From the NCBI RefSeq assembly GCF_036365525.1, contig NC_090382.1:101924595-101988594 (forward strand): a DNA stretch of 64,000 bases, read 5' to 3'. The translations under genes were made by a program, and so were the position numbers. Shown one piece after another: positions 36,801 to 51,800 of the stretch. The first letter of the stretch is position 1. Each line of letters opens with the position of its first letter. This DNA comes from Heterodontus francisci (Eukaryota). The notes under the pieces are model-generated. The model worked only from the letters and a program-made list of their open reading frames with translations, had not been told where the DNA came from and ran no database searches.

Positions 36801-39800
36801 AGCCTCACAGCTCCAGCAACCCGGGTTCAGTTCTGGGTACTGCCTGTGTAGAGTTTGCAAATTCTCCCTGTGACCGCGTGGGTTTCTGCCGGGTGCTCCG
36901 GTTTCCTCCCACAGTCAAAGACTTCCAGGTTGAGAGGTAAATTGCCCCTAGTGTAGGTAGGTGGTAGGAGAATTGTGGGGATGTGGTAGGGAATGTAGGA
37001 TTAATGTAGTATAAATGGGTGGTTGTTGGTTGACACAGACTCGGTGGGCCGAAGGGCCTGTTTTAGAGCTGTATCTCTCTATGACTCTAATTGCACTAAG
37101 TGGAGACGGTTTATTCGGAAAGGTACTGAGCACCTCGTGAGATTTCGACATGAGCACACAGAGGCCAAGTCCAGGCAGTGGAAGGAGCATACAGTCCCCC
37201 AAGTAACTCGCTTCTCCAACTCTTCAAACACCACATGCCCCACATGTGGTAGAGTCTGCAGTTCACCCATCGGACCCATTAGCCATGTCAGAGCGCATGG
37301 AACCGGAGTGGAAGCAAGTCATCCTCGGTCCTGAAGGACGGCCTAAGAAGGAGACGGATCTATGACTCTATTTATAAAACCCAGGATGCTGTATGTCTTA
37401 TTAACTGTTTTTCAACCTGCCCTGCCACCTTCAACGGTGGGATCCTGGGCTTTATAAATCGAGGCATAGAGTACAAAAGCAAGAAAGTAATGATGAACCT
37501 TTATAAAACATTGGTTTGGCTTCAAATGGAGTATTGTGTCTAATTCTTGGCACCACACTTTAAAAAGAATGTGAAGGCTTCAGATGGGGCAAGAGAAAAG
37601 ATTTAGGAGAATGGTTCCAGAGTTTACAGACTTCAATTACAAGCATAGATTGGAGAAACTGGGGCTGTTCTCCTTAGAGAAGAGAAGTTTGAGAGGAGAT
37701 TTGATAGAGGTGATCAAATTCATGTGGGGTCTAGACAGAGTAGATTGAGAGAAACTGTCCTCTTTGGCAGAGGAGTGGAGACCCAGAGGACACCAATTCA
37801 AGGTCATTGGCAAAAGAACCAGAGGCCACATGAGAAATCATTTTCTTTACATGGTGAGTGGTTAGGATCTGGAATGCACTGCCTGAGATGGTGGTGAAGG
37901 CAGATTCAATCATGGTTTCAAAAGGGAATTGGATAAGCAATGAAGTTTAGAAATTTTCAGGGTTACAAGGAAAAGGGTGTGTGGGATTAGCTGAATTGCT
38001 CTTGCAGAGAGTCACCATAGACTCGACAGGCCAAATGGCCTCCTTCTGTGCTGGAACCGTTCTGATTGGCATCCTTCCCTCGATGAAAGATGATGGACAG
38101 GCAGCAAACAATCCATTTAGGTGGGGTGTCTTCTCTTGGTGCACCTTCGCTGGCTCTGATGATGTGAAGGCCAATCCTTGAGAGGCATGTTCTGCCACAA
38201 ATGCTGCACATGAGGCTGCCAAGTGTCATTGTGAGCTGTTGTTTTCAATGTTGGCGCCTGTTGCCAAGCTGCTGTAATAATTGGTCATCATGGTAGTGCA
38301 CACTAGTCCACAGAATGTGTCGCCATTTCCCTCTTTCACCAGTTAGTGACTCCCAGGTGTGATAGTCAACACTTAGGAACTTCATGTCATATTAACAGCC
38401 ATCCATGAGGCGGAGCTTTGGGTGCTCCACTGGTCATCTGGCCCCTGCTACCTCACCATACAGAAGGTCCTTGGGTATGCGACTGACTGAAATAGTGGCT
38501 GAAAATGGGCACTACACACAGGAATGATGGATGCAAATCCTTTCTTCTGTTTTGCACCTGAATAGTACTACATCTGAATTTCCTCTGTGGCTTTTCAGAT
38601 GGCTGGCCTTCAAGTTAGTTGACCAATGTAAATTGCATGGAACTCAGTGTCGGAGTCCTGTACACCCAGATCCCCGACTGTATTGCTGGCCGAAATTCAG
38701 AAACAGGTTTACTTCAAAACAAGAAACCTGGAATTATAGCTTCCAGAGCTATAAAGTTCCATTTACTCAAGTAAATTGCAAGCAAGTAATTCTGACTGCT
38801 TCAGGTGATGTCCCCCAAGGGGTCAGTATTAGGATCACTGTGCTTTTTGATATAAGTTATTGATCTGGACTTGGGTAGAAAGGGTGTAATTTCAAAGATG
38901 CTAAATGACACAAAACTCTGAAATGTAGCAAACAGTAAGAAGGATGGTAACAAACTTGAGGAGGACATAGACTGATGAAATGAGCAGTGTGACAGAAACC
39001 ACACATGCCAAATGGAAACATACTAATTTTGTCATATGGAACACTTTTTCAACTTTTACTGGACACTGAACATAACTTGTTTAAAATAAAACACAGAGCT
39101 GAATGGCTGAAAACATGGCTGCACATTTGCATTCTGAGAGACAATGGGAGTGCTCCCTGATTCAATTAGTCAGATGGGTTTTGTCAATAATGATGATCAA
39201 CAGGCATTGAGAGCCATTGGTTGTGTAAGAGCCAGCACTCCACAGACAATCACCCTCCACACCCCCACCGAGTGTGTCTAGTAAGCTTTGAAGAATCAAC
39301 AACCCTCACAGACGATGCCTTTGCAAACAAAGCTGGTCACATGACTAACTTGCTGGCCAACCTGGCAATTGATTGAATTGTGCCTCACAGAAAAGTTCAG
39401 GGAGACTGAAATTATGAAGACCAAAGAGAAGCAAAGTCTCTCTCTCTGTTTCTCTCTCCAGCAAAGTTCCAGGGACCCATGGAAGCAACGCAAGCCTCAA
39501 GAGAGAAGACCCATGCAGCCTTCTGATACCAACGAAACAAGTTGACAGTCTGCATTGGGCCCCAATGAGAACTGCAAGACTTAACTGCAATCAAAGACTT
39601 AACAGCAAAACTACAACCAATAACTGAATTCCATTTACTACTCCAAACCCGTCCCCTTTAATTCTTTCTCCTCCTCTGTATCTATTTGTGTGTGTGTTTA
39701 TCGCGTTTGCATGCTCGCGTGGTTGCGTTGCGTATTTTTAGTAATTTTAACTGTGTTGGAGTGTTAAGGTTAATAAACTTACAGCTTTCTTGTTTAAACC

Positions 39801-42800
39801 TGAGAAAGCCTGTCTGATTGGTTCCTTTACAATTACAATTAGACAGCATGAGCAAGGACTCACTGAGGTGAAGCTAAAGACACTGTTTTTTTTAAAGTTA
39901 AACCCTGTTACAGCCAAAACAGAAAAGGGGCCAGAGGGGCGCTTGAGACCCCTTCCTCACCTGGTCATAACAGCAGACACATGTAGTATGAAATTTAATG
40001 CAGAGAAATGAGAAGTGATTTGGTGGGAAGAAGGAGGAGAGGCAATTTCAACAAAATGGAATAATTTTAATGGGCGCAGGAACAGCAAGGCCTCGGAGTT
40101 CACAAACCTAAATCTTTGAATGTGACAGAAAAAGTTGATGAGGCTGGGATTAATCAGTAGAAGGGCATAGTACAAAAGCAAGAAAATTTCACGAAAATTA
40201 GGCACCACACTTTGGGAATGATGTTAAGACCTTGGAGTGGGGGCATGGGAGATTTGCCAGATATGAGGAACTTCAGTTTTGTGGCGAGACATGAGAAGCT
40301 GAGATTGTTCTCCACAGAGCAGAGAAGGTAAACGGGAAATTTAATAGAGGTGTTCAAAATGATGAAGGATTTTGATAATGTGGGAAAGTGTGAGGTAATC
40401 CACTTTGGTATGTAGAATCAAAAGGCAGATTATTATTTAGATGGAGAAAGACAACAAAATACTGCAGTACAGAGGGATCTGGGTGTTCTTGTGCATGAAA
40501 CACAAAAGGTTAGCATGCAGGTGCAGCAAGTAATTAGGAAGGAATGGAATTTTGGTCTTTATTGCTTGAGCGTTAGAGTTGAAAAATAGGGAAGTCCTGT
40601 TACAACTGTACAGGGTGTTGGTGAGGCCACACCTGGAGTACTGTGTACAGTTTTGGTCCCCGTATTTAAAGAAGGATATACTAGCATTGGAGGCAGTTCA
40701 GAAAAGGTTCACGAGGCTGATTCCTGGGATGAAGAGACTGTCTTATCAAGAGCGACTAAACAGGTTAGGCCTTTATTTATTGGAGTTTAGAAGAATGAGA
40801 GATAATCCGATAGAAACATATAAGATTTTAAGGGGGATCGACAGGGTAGATGTTGAGAAGATGTTTCCACTCGTGGGGGAATCTCAAACTCGGGGACATA
40901 ATTACAGAATAAGGGGGCACACGTATAAAACTGAGATGTGAAGGAATTTTTTCTCTCAGAGGGTGGTGAATCTCTGGAATTCTCTGCCTCAGAGAGTTGT
41001 GGAGGCTAGGTCACTAAATGTATTTAAGGAGGAGGTAGATAGATTTTTGAAATCTCGGGGAGTCGAGGGTTAGGCAGAGCAGGCCAGAAAGAGAGGTTGA
41101 GGACTGGGACAGATCAGCCATGATCTTATTGAATGGCGGGGCAGGCTTGAGGAGCTGAATGGCCTACTCCTGCTCCTACTTCTTATGTTCTTATTTAAGA
41201 TAATTAGCAAAAGAACCAGAGCAAAGATAAAGCGAATTATTTTATGCAGTGAGTTATTATAACCTGGAATGCACTGCCTGAAAGGGCGGTGGAAACAGAT
41301 TCAATCATAACTTTCAAAAGGAAATTGGATAAATATTTGAAGAGTAAATATTTGCAGGATGATGGAAGACGAGGGAAGTGAAGCTAATTGGACAGTTCTT
41401 TTTAAAGAATCGCACAGTCCTAAGTGGCCAAAATTACTTCTTTCTGTGCTGAAAGATTCTGTGATTTCCAGTTGATTCCAGGCTGATGTCATTCCCCAGC
41501 CAATTAGTCCCAGTCCATTAATTCCCCAGCAAATTGTTCCCCGAGGAACATTCTCAGACCCATAATTCCCTGGCCAATCAATCATTTCCCCCCAATCATT
41601 CCACACCGAACATTCCACCCAATCATTCCCTGACCAGTCATTTTCTACCCAATTGTGATCACTTTCCTGATTGTCTGACAGAAGTCATGTCAGTAAAGCA
41701 TGAGGAACCATATTCAAATGTGTATAGTCACAGAGTGAAAGGAAGCAAGTTATTTCTGCTCCTTTCCTGAGTTGATTTCACATGAATCTAAGCCAGTACG
41801 CTAACCATTCAATCAATCATTTCACAACCAATCATTGGCTAATTAACTATTCTTTCCCCAACCAATCATTCAGCAGCCAATGGTTTCCACTTCCAGGATT
41901 TCCTGCCAGAAGTGATATTGGATGAGTATGGGTCATATCCAAATGACTGGGATTGACAGAGTGACATTAAGGGCTGAATTTTCACTTTGGGGGTGGGAAA
42001 AAAGATCCAAGCCCATTTCCAGGTCCTGAAGCCATCCCCGGGGGGATTGCTGAACTTTGACCTGGGCGCCTCCTTCGTTGGCATGGAAACAGGTATCCTC
42101 TTCAATTAAGGGAAGCAAGCACCCTCTCGAAGCTGCAGGATCAACCAGTGGGCTTCCAGATTCAGAGCAGCACCTGGCTACAGTAATAGGTGGGTAACTG
42201 AGAGGGTGCTTCAACAAGAAGCCACTTTAAAAAGAAATTTAAACCAAAAATACAGAAAACAGCCAGGCCACCGCTATCTGGAGGGGAACCCCCCTACAGG
42301 CTGGACCTCCACTCAGGCAGACCAGCAGTGCCTATAGGCCTGCCTGCAGTGCCAGTACGCAGCATGAAACTGGATGCCTCCCTCCAAACAGTTAAACTGC
42401 ACTACCCACACCCCCACCCTACCACCCAACTCCCCCGTTGCATCAGAAACTGGAAGCTGATTGGAAAATCACAGCTCACCTCCAGTATATACCCTCAACA
42501 AGGCTCTTAATGAGCTGAATTGCTTGTCCCCTTCATAGGGGCAGCCTTGCCAGGGCCCAAACCCGCGTTGACCAAAATGCCGATGCTGGGAATGGGGTCA
42601 GGAAACTGGCATGCTGGGAGGCCTCTTAATTATCCAACCCCATTCGCTTACATTCTCAAACTCAGTGGAGCATGAAAATTCAACGCCTATGTGTCACATT
42701 TTCCACCATTACTCACTAGCACAACACGAGATGCAAGGAAAACTGCAATGTGACCAGCATCTAGTCTTATTACAGTGGGCAAGGGGGGAATTTAGCATTT

Positions 42801-45800
42801 CAAAGATTCCTTACGGAAGTATAATGGACCTAAAAGACTTTTTTTTGCATTTATTCATTTTCAATCCTCTCCGTAGCTTCGAGCTGTTTCGTTTGACTTT
42901 TTGATGTTTATATATGCAGACCTATCCTGTGAACTCTTAATAATGTGGAGTGCAACAGAATAAGAAGTTATCATAATTAAAGAGTATTAAGTGACCAGAA
43001 TTGTCTTTGAAAATGACAAGCAAAATCTGAGAGACTTACTGTTAAACTTCAGATAATATGGAATTAAAACCTTGGGTGTGTTTTGATGAAATAAAACACA
43101 GGTCCAGTTCTCTCTGTCTCTATCGGTTTTCTGAATAATCAGCTGTAAAACATCCTCTTCCTGTTTTTGTTCCTTCAATGTTTTCTCTGCAACAGTTTTG
43201 CCATCACTACTGATCCAAACAAGTCTCATTGATTCAGTGACATCAGAGACAGAGCAGGTCAGGGTAACAGTGTCTCCCTCAGTCACTGCATCAGGTGGTT
43301 CAGTTGTGACTGTGGAAACAAGAAAATCATTTAGATTTTAAACAATAACATGATCATTTAAAACCATGGGAACATTCTGTCTCCTACCTTTAACTGTGAT
43401 TAGTTTGATGGTCACAAAATTATATGATCCCAGAGAACATGTGTAAATTCCTGAATCTTCAAACAATACAGGGACAATCTGCACATTGAAGTTGTTGCCA
43501 TTAAAGTTTGTTTCGGTGGGCACCAGTCGACTCCCAAAGTAGGTCCTGTTTATATTGATAGGCTCAGATCTGTAAGTAGAAGCTATTTCTTCTTTTTGAT
43601 TCTGAAAATAACGTGATGACCAGGTCCATTTAGTTTCAGTGTAATCAGATTGAACTTCACAACTTAGGTAGAGTTCACTGTGATCCGTGACTGACCGATA
43701 AAGTGTGTATATTTTGTTGTGTAACTCTGCAATAGACAGACAGGAAACAAGATGTTAGATTTTTATAGTTCCTGAGATACAGATGTTGTAAATTTCCACA
43801 GGACCAAACAGCGTCCTCCTGGTATGTCAGCTGGGAGTGCAGCATTAGGACAGGGAAATCGGCTGGGACCTGGATACACTGGCTGCTGGCCCAGGCTGAT
43901 AGTTCTTTAAATGTCAGGTTGCAAGTCCATCTGCCTTAAATATGGCTCAGTCAAAGTGATATTTCTCCATGGACAGTAGATTTGTTAAACTGTCTCAGCA
44001 ATTAATTATCAACAAATGCCTCATTCCCATTGTATTGGTACATCTGGTCCCATTGTGAATAGGAGGTCAAATAGAGACGGAATCATTGATGGCCTGAATG
44101 GTCTCCTTCTATGCTATTATGACTCGATGACTCTATGACATCGGCAGGTCCATCAAAGAGTGCAATGTCAGTCTAGCTTGATAGAGAAAGGAGCAAGGGG
44201 AAGCTTTGACTAATTTCTGAACTCCAGCAGGTCGGAGGTTCATTCGGAGTTAATTTGTTTAGGTTAATTAGTTGACCCACTGGTTTGGAACAGTGAGGCA
44301 TGTTCATTATTTTGAACTTATGCACAAATACAGGTAATACTGATTAAACTAAGTGAATCCGATCATAACTGTTATTCTGTATGTTCCCTTGCTGTGAAAT
44401 AAAGCACTTAAACTGACTTTGTCTCACCAAGGATTTTTTAGGCTGTCTTCAAAAAATACTAAAGATGCATGTGCGATAGACACAAATATCCAGTTTAGAT
44501 CACAGGGGAATCTTATTCTTACACCCCAGGCTGTGCCATCACATAATCAGTCATTGGGCAGTATGAGATTAACCCTGAATGTAAGATGCTCAGACCATTT
44601 TAGTGAGTGACCAGCACCACTGTACCCAAGAGAATGTTTCAGGAATGACCCTAATCTTTTAACATCAGTGTTGGGTGCCTTTAATTTGTTTGTATTTCTC
44701 TATTCCAATGTCGACTGGAAAGGCATTTCCTTTATTCAATTGATGGATTTTATTCTTTTTGATTCACAAACATGAATTGAAATGAATCCATTGAATTCAC
44801 CTGATTGGTTACATCAGTTCTTAATGTCCCCATTTTATATTTACACCCATGTTCCAGGGTAAAAACAAGGACCACATTCTGCAGTAAATCCCACAGTGGT
44901 TTCTGTGCTCACTGTACTTTGTGTGTAACAGTTTTATATTAGTTATTATTTAATACTGCAAGGTAGCTCTGGACTTACCCAGATCCACATCAACATTTGT
45001 GTTTCCACTGAGAACAATGGAGTCATTTTCATGCACTTCCCATGTATATAAATTCTGATTCTCTGCTCCAACTTGTCTGACTATCAGATAGACTGTGTTA
45101 TTCAGATGGATCTCATCAGTGTTGTTCCTCCTGTTCTGCTGAGATGAGTCTCTTGGTTTCCAGTGAAGACTGACTGTATCTGAGAGTTTGGAGATGGTAC
45201 AGCTGAGGGTGATGTCACTGCCTATTCCAGGCCTCTGTGAATCTGTCTCAACTGTAAAAAACAGATAAATGAAGCTTAGAATTCTCAATAAGTGTTCTGA
45301 ACTATTGCATTCAGAACTTTCTTTTTTTTACAAAGACACAGTGGTGGGAATTTTATTTCAATGTGAGGGTGGGAACGGGGCGGATGGTCATTTAACCCAC
45401 CCCCCGTATGGGCATGCTGTCTTCCCGACACAAAACCAACACACTCAATGTTTAAAAAGCTCCACCAAGAGCCGGAGGAGACAATCCGCCCGAGATCGAT
45501 GATTGGTCACTTAGACCTCTTAGCGAGCTTGTTGTTTGTTGTTTGTTGACCATTTTGAATTTTCTTTGTAGGCTCAGGATCCACACAGGGTCTCAAACCA
45601 CAACAGGGAGGAGAAGTTGCAAACACAATGGAGAGACAACAGCAAGAGGCACCATTAAAGAGAGAAGGCTCAGAAAAGGCCCTCATTCACAGGCAGTCAG
45701 TTTTATAGAGACAGGAGAATTATCTGTCCTGTTACTTCGCTCTTGACAAGGACATTGGGTGGGAGGCGATTGCTTTAGAGGGTGTGGACGGTCCCTTCTG

Positions 45801-48800
45801 CTTAGAGGCCTCACGGATTCATGAGTGAGGTGTTCCTGAAGACTACACATTCCAACTGAAAAGAAGGAAGGACATAACAGGAAATGGGATCAAGCGATTC
45901 TGAGATTGGATCAACTTGCAATGAGGAGCAGCATCCGCTGGAGCAGAGGCAAACCCCTGGGCACCAGGAGCGAGGAAGGAGGGGCAGGAAGGCAACAAAG
46001 ACAATACCCTCAACAGAGCATCGACCACCAAAGGAGAAACTACCTGGACATGTAGGAGTGTCAGTGCTGCAGAAGGCTGTACCTGTCCAATTAGATTGTT
46101 GCTGACATGTGTACCCTTGTTCAGGGCCTTCTGAGGGTTTGTGGAAACCATCACTATAGCCTTCCCATGACTGTAAATGTCACAGTGGCCTTGCATTATT
46201 TTGTAACTGGGTCCTTCCAGGGAATGGCAACAGTCATTGGTGGCATCTTGCAGGCAGCAGCACATCATTGCATCACAGAGGTAACGGACACCGAGAGGTC
46301 AGGGGATTCCACTGAATTCCAAATGGATAGTGGCACTCAAGCTCAAAGAGCAGTGATATTTGTCTCCATCACTGAATTCCCTCAGGTGCAGGGAATCTTT
46401 GATTGCTTGCATGCACCAACTGGGAGATTCCTCAACAGGAAGGGATTCCATTCCCGAAACATTCAGCTGGTATGCAACCACAACAAGTGCTTTATACAGG
46501 TGCGTGAACGCTATCCTGGAAGCTGCCATGAAGCCTTCATCCTTTGTTAATTTCAGGTCCTGAAGCTCTTCATGGTGCAATGGGAAATCTGTGGATGGCT
46601 GTTAGCAGATAAACCTTTTCCAATGAGGAGATGGCTGATGGTTCCAGTGCATAATCCTGCCTTGGAGGCTGAGAGACACTACAACAGATGCCACCTGAGC
46701 ACAAGGGTTATTACTGAGCAGGTCATCGGCCTCATGAAGATGATGTTCAGGTGCCTTGGCCGGTCACGTGGCTCCTTTCAGTACACTCCCTCAAGGGTCT
46801 CACGCATTGTGGTGGCCTGTTGCACAGTTCATAGCATGTCCTTGACAAGGGAGAAGGGCTAGAACAGCACAGCTCCTGAGAGGAGGAAGATGATGAGGAA
46901 GAGGAGGATGAAAATGAGGAGGAGGCTGAAGAAGAACTGGAGAATGGTGCCTATGCTTTGCAGGGTTGCTGCCACGGTAAACTCAGGGGGTGGAACGTTT
47001 ATCAGAATGGCAGGGACGCTCGGGACACTCAGATCCAGACACGTTTCACCTGAGTGATATTCAGTCTGCAGGACATTTGGAGAGGAGATTCTCCTTCATC
47101 CGAGTGAGAGCAAACAGCTGTTAAGAACAAAAATCAGCAACTTTCCAATGACACAAACACTGCAATGCTCCAGAGTCTCCATCTGACGTACTGCTCCCCA
47201 ACACAATCCTGTGCTTTGCTCACCCTTATTTTTCATTCTCCAGCCCTTCGCCCTGATGAAATGAAAATACACAAGTCTGCCTCAGTGCAACAACATGCCG
47301 AGCGATTTATCACACAGCAGTTTGATGTCATGTACAACAAAAACACCCAAGAGACCCACAAAGTGATATTACAAACACAGAGGCCTCTGCTCATAACCAC
47401 TTCTACAACTTGCTCCCCCTGTAGCTGAGGATGAGGCAGCAACAGACTGCTCACTCATGCCTTTCTGGGACTGAGATGCCCGTGGCAGTCGCCCTCATCA
47501 TGGAAGTGCCAGGGGACACCTCCAAAGGCAGTTGAACCAGCAACACTGCAGGGCCAGTCACTGTCACAGGGTGCGACTCTACAGATATTTCATCCATTGG
47601 AGGGGCCATGGAGATGGATGATGATGTTGCAACCATGAGGGATGGCCCTCTCATCACTATCTGTCGTCACCTCAGACCTTTCATGGCACCCTAGATGGCT
47701 CGCGGGGACCACCAGCTGGGAGACAGTTGGCATCCACTCTATGCTTCTTTGAGCCATTTTCACCATTGACCGGTCAATACTACAGACTGTGGCATGCTTT
47801 CTGTGCATGTCAGTGCGCTGTTCCTGCATCCACTCTGAGTGATGCTGCATATGGCTCTCCATGAAGTTAGCCACTCGCTCAATGGAGAAGCTCATGTGCT
47901 CAAAGCACTGAGACATTGTGGAGCACACGAGATGAATGGATTCCTCCATTGTCATCCCATGACTCCACAGTGCCTCAGGTAAATTGACACGTGGGCACAC
48001 ATCTCATGCTGGTTCTCATGATTCACTAGGCTCTGTATCTCCGCCCTGTTGAGCAGGGCTGCGCCTGTGCCCCGTCTTCCGAGGGGAATTGGCCACAGCT
48101 GAATCTGCCTTCCCCGTCACCTCCTGCTCTGATGTGATGTGCATTTCACCCTGTGCCACTGTATCTAATAACGAGGAGACACCGAGGTGCGAGGATCTGC
48201 GCTGGTGGAGGATGCACTATAAAGATGTGACAGTGCAGGCTCTGAGATGTCTTCCCCCTCTGATTCCTACAGAACAGGTTGGCAGTGTCTTAACTCCTCC
48301 CCCTCTGCAGCTGTCCCCGGGGGAGATGTAAAAGAAGGTCGTCATGAGAAATCAGCACAATCATCAGATGCTTCTGCTGTTTGAAGCAATCAGATGACAG
48401 GTTATGAATTGACAGTTCATTTCACGGGGAGGATTGCCATGCATCCTCTGAACCTGGGCTGTTCAGATCTTTTCACCTTGTCCATGTTTGACTCCCATTT
48501 CTCCATCTGCAATATCCTGGTGGGTTGCCACTCTGGCCAGATCAAGGACCAGCTCCTTGAAATGCATCTCATCCAGGCGGACCCTCTTGCTCTCCCTGTG
48601 TTGTTCTCCTATTTGGCCTGTGAGGTGAACAAAGATGTCATTAAGACTCTCTCCCTCACCACTTGCAGCATTTCATGCGCATAGGATTGTAGATTTCCCC
48701 ATAACCTACGGTCCAATAGCGCTCAGATAATGAACTACGCTGATGGGTCATCGATGATACTGTGCTCACACCTCTCCTATGGTCAGGATGTTCCATGTGG

Positions 48801-51800
48801 TGCATAAAATGGCAAAGCCAAAAGCCTTTATTTGCATACAATGTCATCAGCGATCAGATATGTGTGGCAAGCCAAAGTGCACAAAGGTATCTATCTAAAT
48901 GTCTCCCCTTTCATTGAAGAAATTGCAAATTAATGCACATACATGAGAGTTACTTCATTTGAAAGTTACATTTTGTAATTTCCTGTAGCAATTGAAGAGT
49001 TGCATCTCATTGTGTAGTTTGTTTGATCTGAGCAAGATGCTTGTCTGTCAAATTCAATGTCTCTACCGGGTTGATAACTTCCAGAGCATGTTGTTCTGTT
49101 GCTTCTTGTTGAATCTGGAAGATTTCACACTCTGTACTGGCATTATCAACTTCCTTCAATGGGAGTGCAGCTCTCGACAGCATGTCAGTGATGGACATCT
49201 GCTCCCCTTGCTCGTACTTCACTTCCAAGTGATATCTCCGCAAATGAAGTAACATCCTTTGCAAATACTTAGGAGCAAATAGAAGCTGTTTGAGAAAGAT
49301 GCTTTGAAGTGGTTTGTGGTCAGACTCTATCATCACTTTCTCTCTCCCAAACAGGTGCTTGTTGAAATGCTCAAAAGTAAAGACAATATTCAGGCAGTCT
49401 CCCTCGATTTGTGCACAGCATCATTCACTTTGCGTTAACCCTCTAGATGCAAATGCAACTGTTGTCCTTGCTGCATGAGGGTTGCTCCAAATCCTGTTTC
49501 ACTGCATCACACTGTAGGGTGACTTCCGCATTGACGTCATAGTACCTCAGCATTGGCATTGTCGTCACTGGTTGTTTGATGTGATGGAAAACTGCTTCTT
49601 GTTTTGTGCCCCAATACCACTAAATATCCTTTGCAGTGAACTTGCGTAGAGATTCACACTCTGATGACAAATTGGGTAAGAACTTGACTCGGTAGTTCAC
49701 AAATCCAACAAATCATTGAACTGCCTTCACATCTGTTGGTTGCTGCATCTCTGCTACTGCTTGCGCCTTATCTGGATCAGGGCAAAGTCCTTTAGCTGTC
49801 AGTACATGACCGATGTACTTGAGTTCAGTCAACACCAGCTGCAACATTTTCTTGTTCAGCTTTCGGTTCATCTGGCGACCTCTGTCAAGCAGTTTCACTC
49901 CATTCCAATCATGGTCCACGATGGCATCTTCCATTGGATCCGGACATCGCGGACATCCATAAACCAGAAGATCATCCACTATCGCTTCCACTACTGGTAA
50001 ACCATTGACTATCTCATGCTGTCTGCGTTGGTCTTCTGCCGGAGCAGTAAAATTGCCAAATGGCACATGCAACCATCTGTACCTCCCAAATGGCATCAGA
50101 AAGTAGTCAGAAAGATATTGCTTTCACTGAAATTCACTTACCAGTATCCACCTTTAGCATGTCAGGTAGCAAAGACCTTTACCTTGGCAAGTTGAGGCAA
50201 AATCTCTTTGATGGTTGATCTTGGGTAGTGCGATCTCTTTAAAGCTTTATTGAGGTCATTGGGATCAGAACACACTCTCAATTTTAAAGTTTTTTTTCAC
50301 TGTTACCATACTGCTAATCCAGTCGACAGCAGTTGTCATTTTCTTGATTGCTCCCATCTTTTCAAGTTCCTCTATCTTGTCTTTCAAGCTAGGCTTGAGG
50401 GCAATTGGAACTCGCCTCGGAAGATGTTGAGTTGGGCTCACAGTCTCATCTACTTCAAGATGATATTCACCAGAAAGCCATCCAAGAACTGTGAAAATGT
50501 CTTTGTAATCTGTCAAGATTTGTTCAGCAGTCAATGACTTGGTGTCATGCAAAACACTGATACAGGGAGGGTTACCAGTCCAAGCTTTTGATTTGTTTCA
50601 GACAAGATGAGGGGAATTTGCTCAGTGTTCACTATCTGGAACTGAAGTTTTTCTTCTTTCCTGTTGGACTCTCAGCTTGGTTTGTCCTCTGGAGTGAGCA
50701 TCATTCCATCATAGAGTCTCAACTTTACCTTTGACATCTTTGTAATCGAGTCACCATCTTGAGCTCTTTCACACAAGTCTGCAAAGCTCATGCTGTTGCA
50801 CGTGGAACCCGTGTCTATCTGACTCTTCATATCAGTCTTGATGGTCTACTTCTGCAGTCATCAATCCAATAATCACAAACCACTTCCTACCTCGAGACTT
50901 GATGCTGCCCAACACGTTCTAGAGTGATTTGTCTGAATCATCATCAGACATCTCTCCAGCAACCATCTTTGCAGGCTTGTTTATCTTTGTTTCGCAAAAT
51001 ATTTATGTGCAAAGTGGTTCATCTTCTTGCAGTTAGAGCACTGCTTTCCCCACACTGGACATGCTTCCTTTTCCTTCTTGTGGTATCCTCCTGTATTCAT
51101 ATCCACTCCTCTGGCCTTAATCTTTCTGCTGCTCCTTCTGAACGTTGTCCTTCCTTTACATCATTGACTTGTGCTTGGAAGACTTGGACTGCCTCTTAGC
51201 ATAGTGCACAGCCTCATCGGTTCTCCCATCAATACTCTTCAGCTATTGATTAGCCACCTCAGAGCTTCTGCACATGTCATTAGCTTTCCTGAGAGTAAGC
51301 TTTTCTCCTCTCAGCAGACGTGCTCTCACAGCGGGATCTCTTGTTCCTCAAACAATCCTATCTCTGCTGAGATCATCCTTCAGTTGCCAAAATCACAAAA
51401 TTCAGCTGAAAATCTCAGTACAGGCATAGAATGATCAATATTCACCCTCTCTTCCTGAGCTCTCGCGTTATTCACATATTTTTCATAAATTATGTTAATA
51501 GAGGGTTCAAAGTGGGTCTTCAAGTCCTCCAAAATCTCACAGGACTTGCATATAATGACACCAGAGGTCACAAGTGTACAGCAAGCCAAAGTGTAAGAAG
51601 GTGTTTATCCAAACACAGGAGAACTCTATTCTCCCTCGGGATGCCCCTCTCTTTTGCATTCTGGTGACTGCTGACCTGGGGGAATGTCATCTGGGTCTAT
51701 CTTTGAACTCACCTTGCCAGACCCAAGCAGATCATTGAAACATTTCCTGCACTGGACCCAGTTCCTTCTCACCACTCCTCTGCTGCTGACCTCATGAGCC

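Noticed and set aside
36769-36840. tRNA gene
   Set aside because: The A and B boxes are the head of an HE1-like SINE and continue into the V-domain and LINE-type tail.
46087-46862. Domesticated host HARBI1 gene
   Set aside because: Disrupted by stops and frameshifts and located inside a TIR-bounded element.
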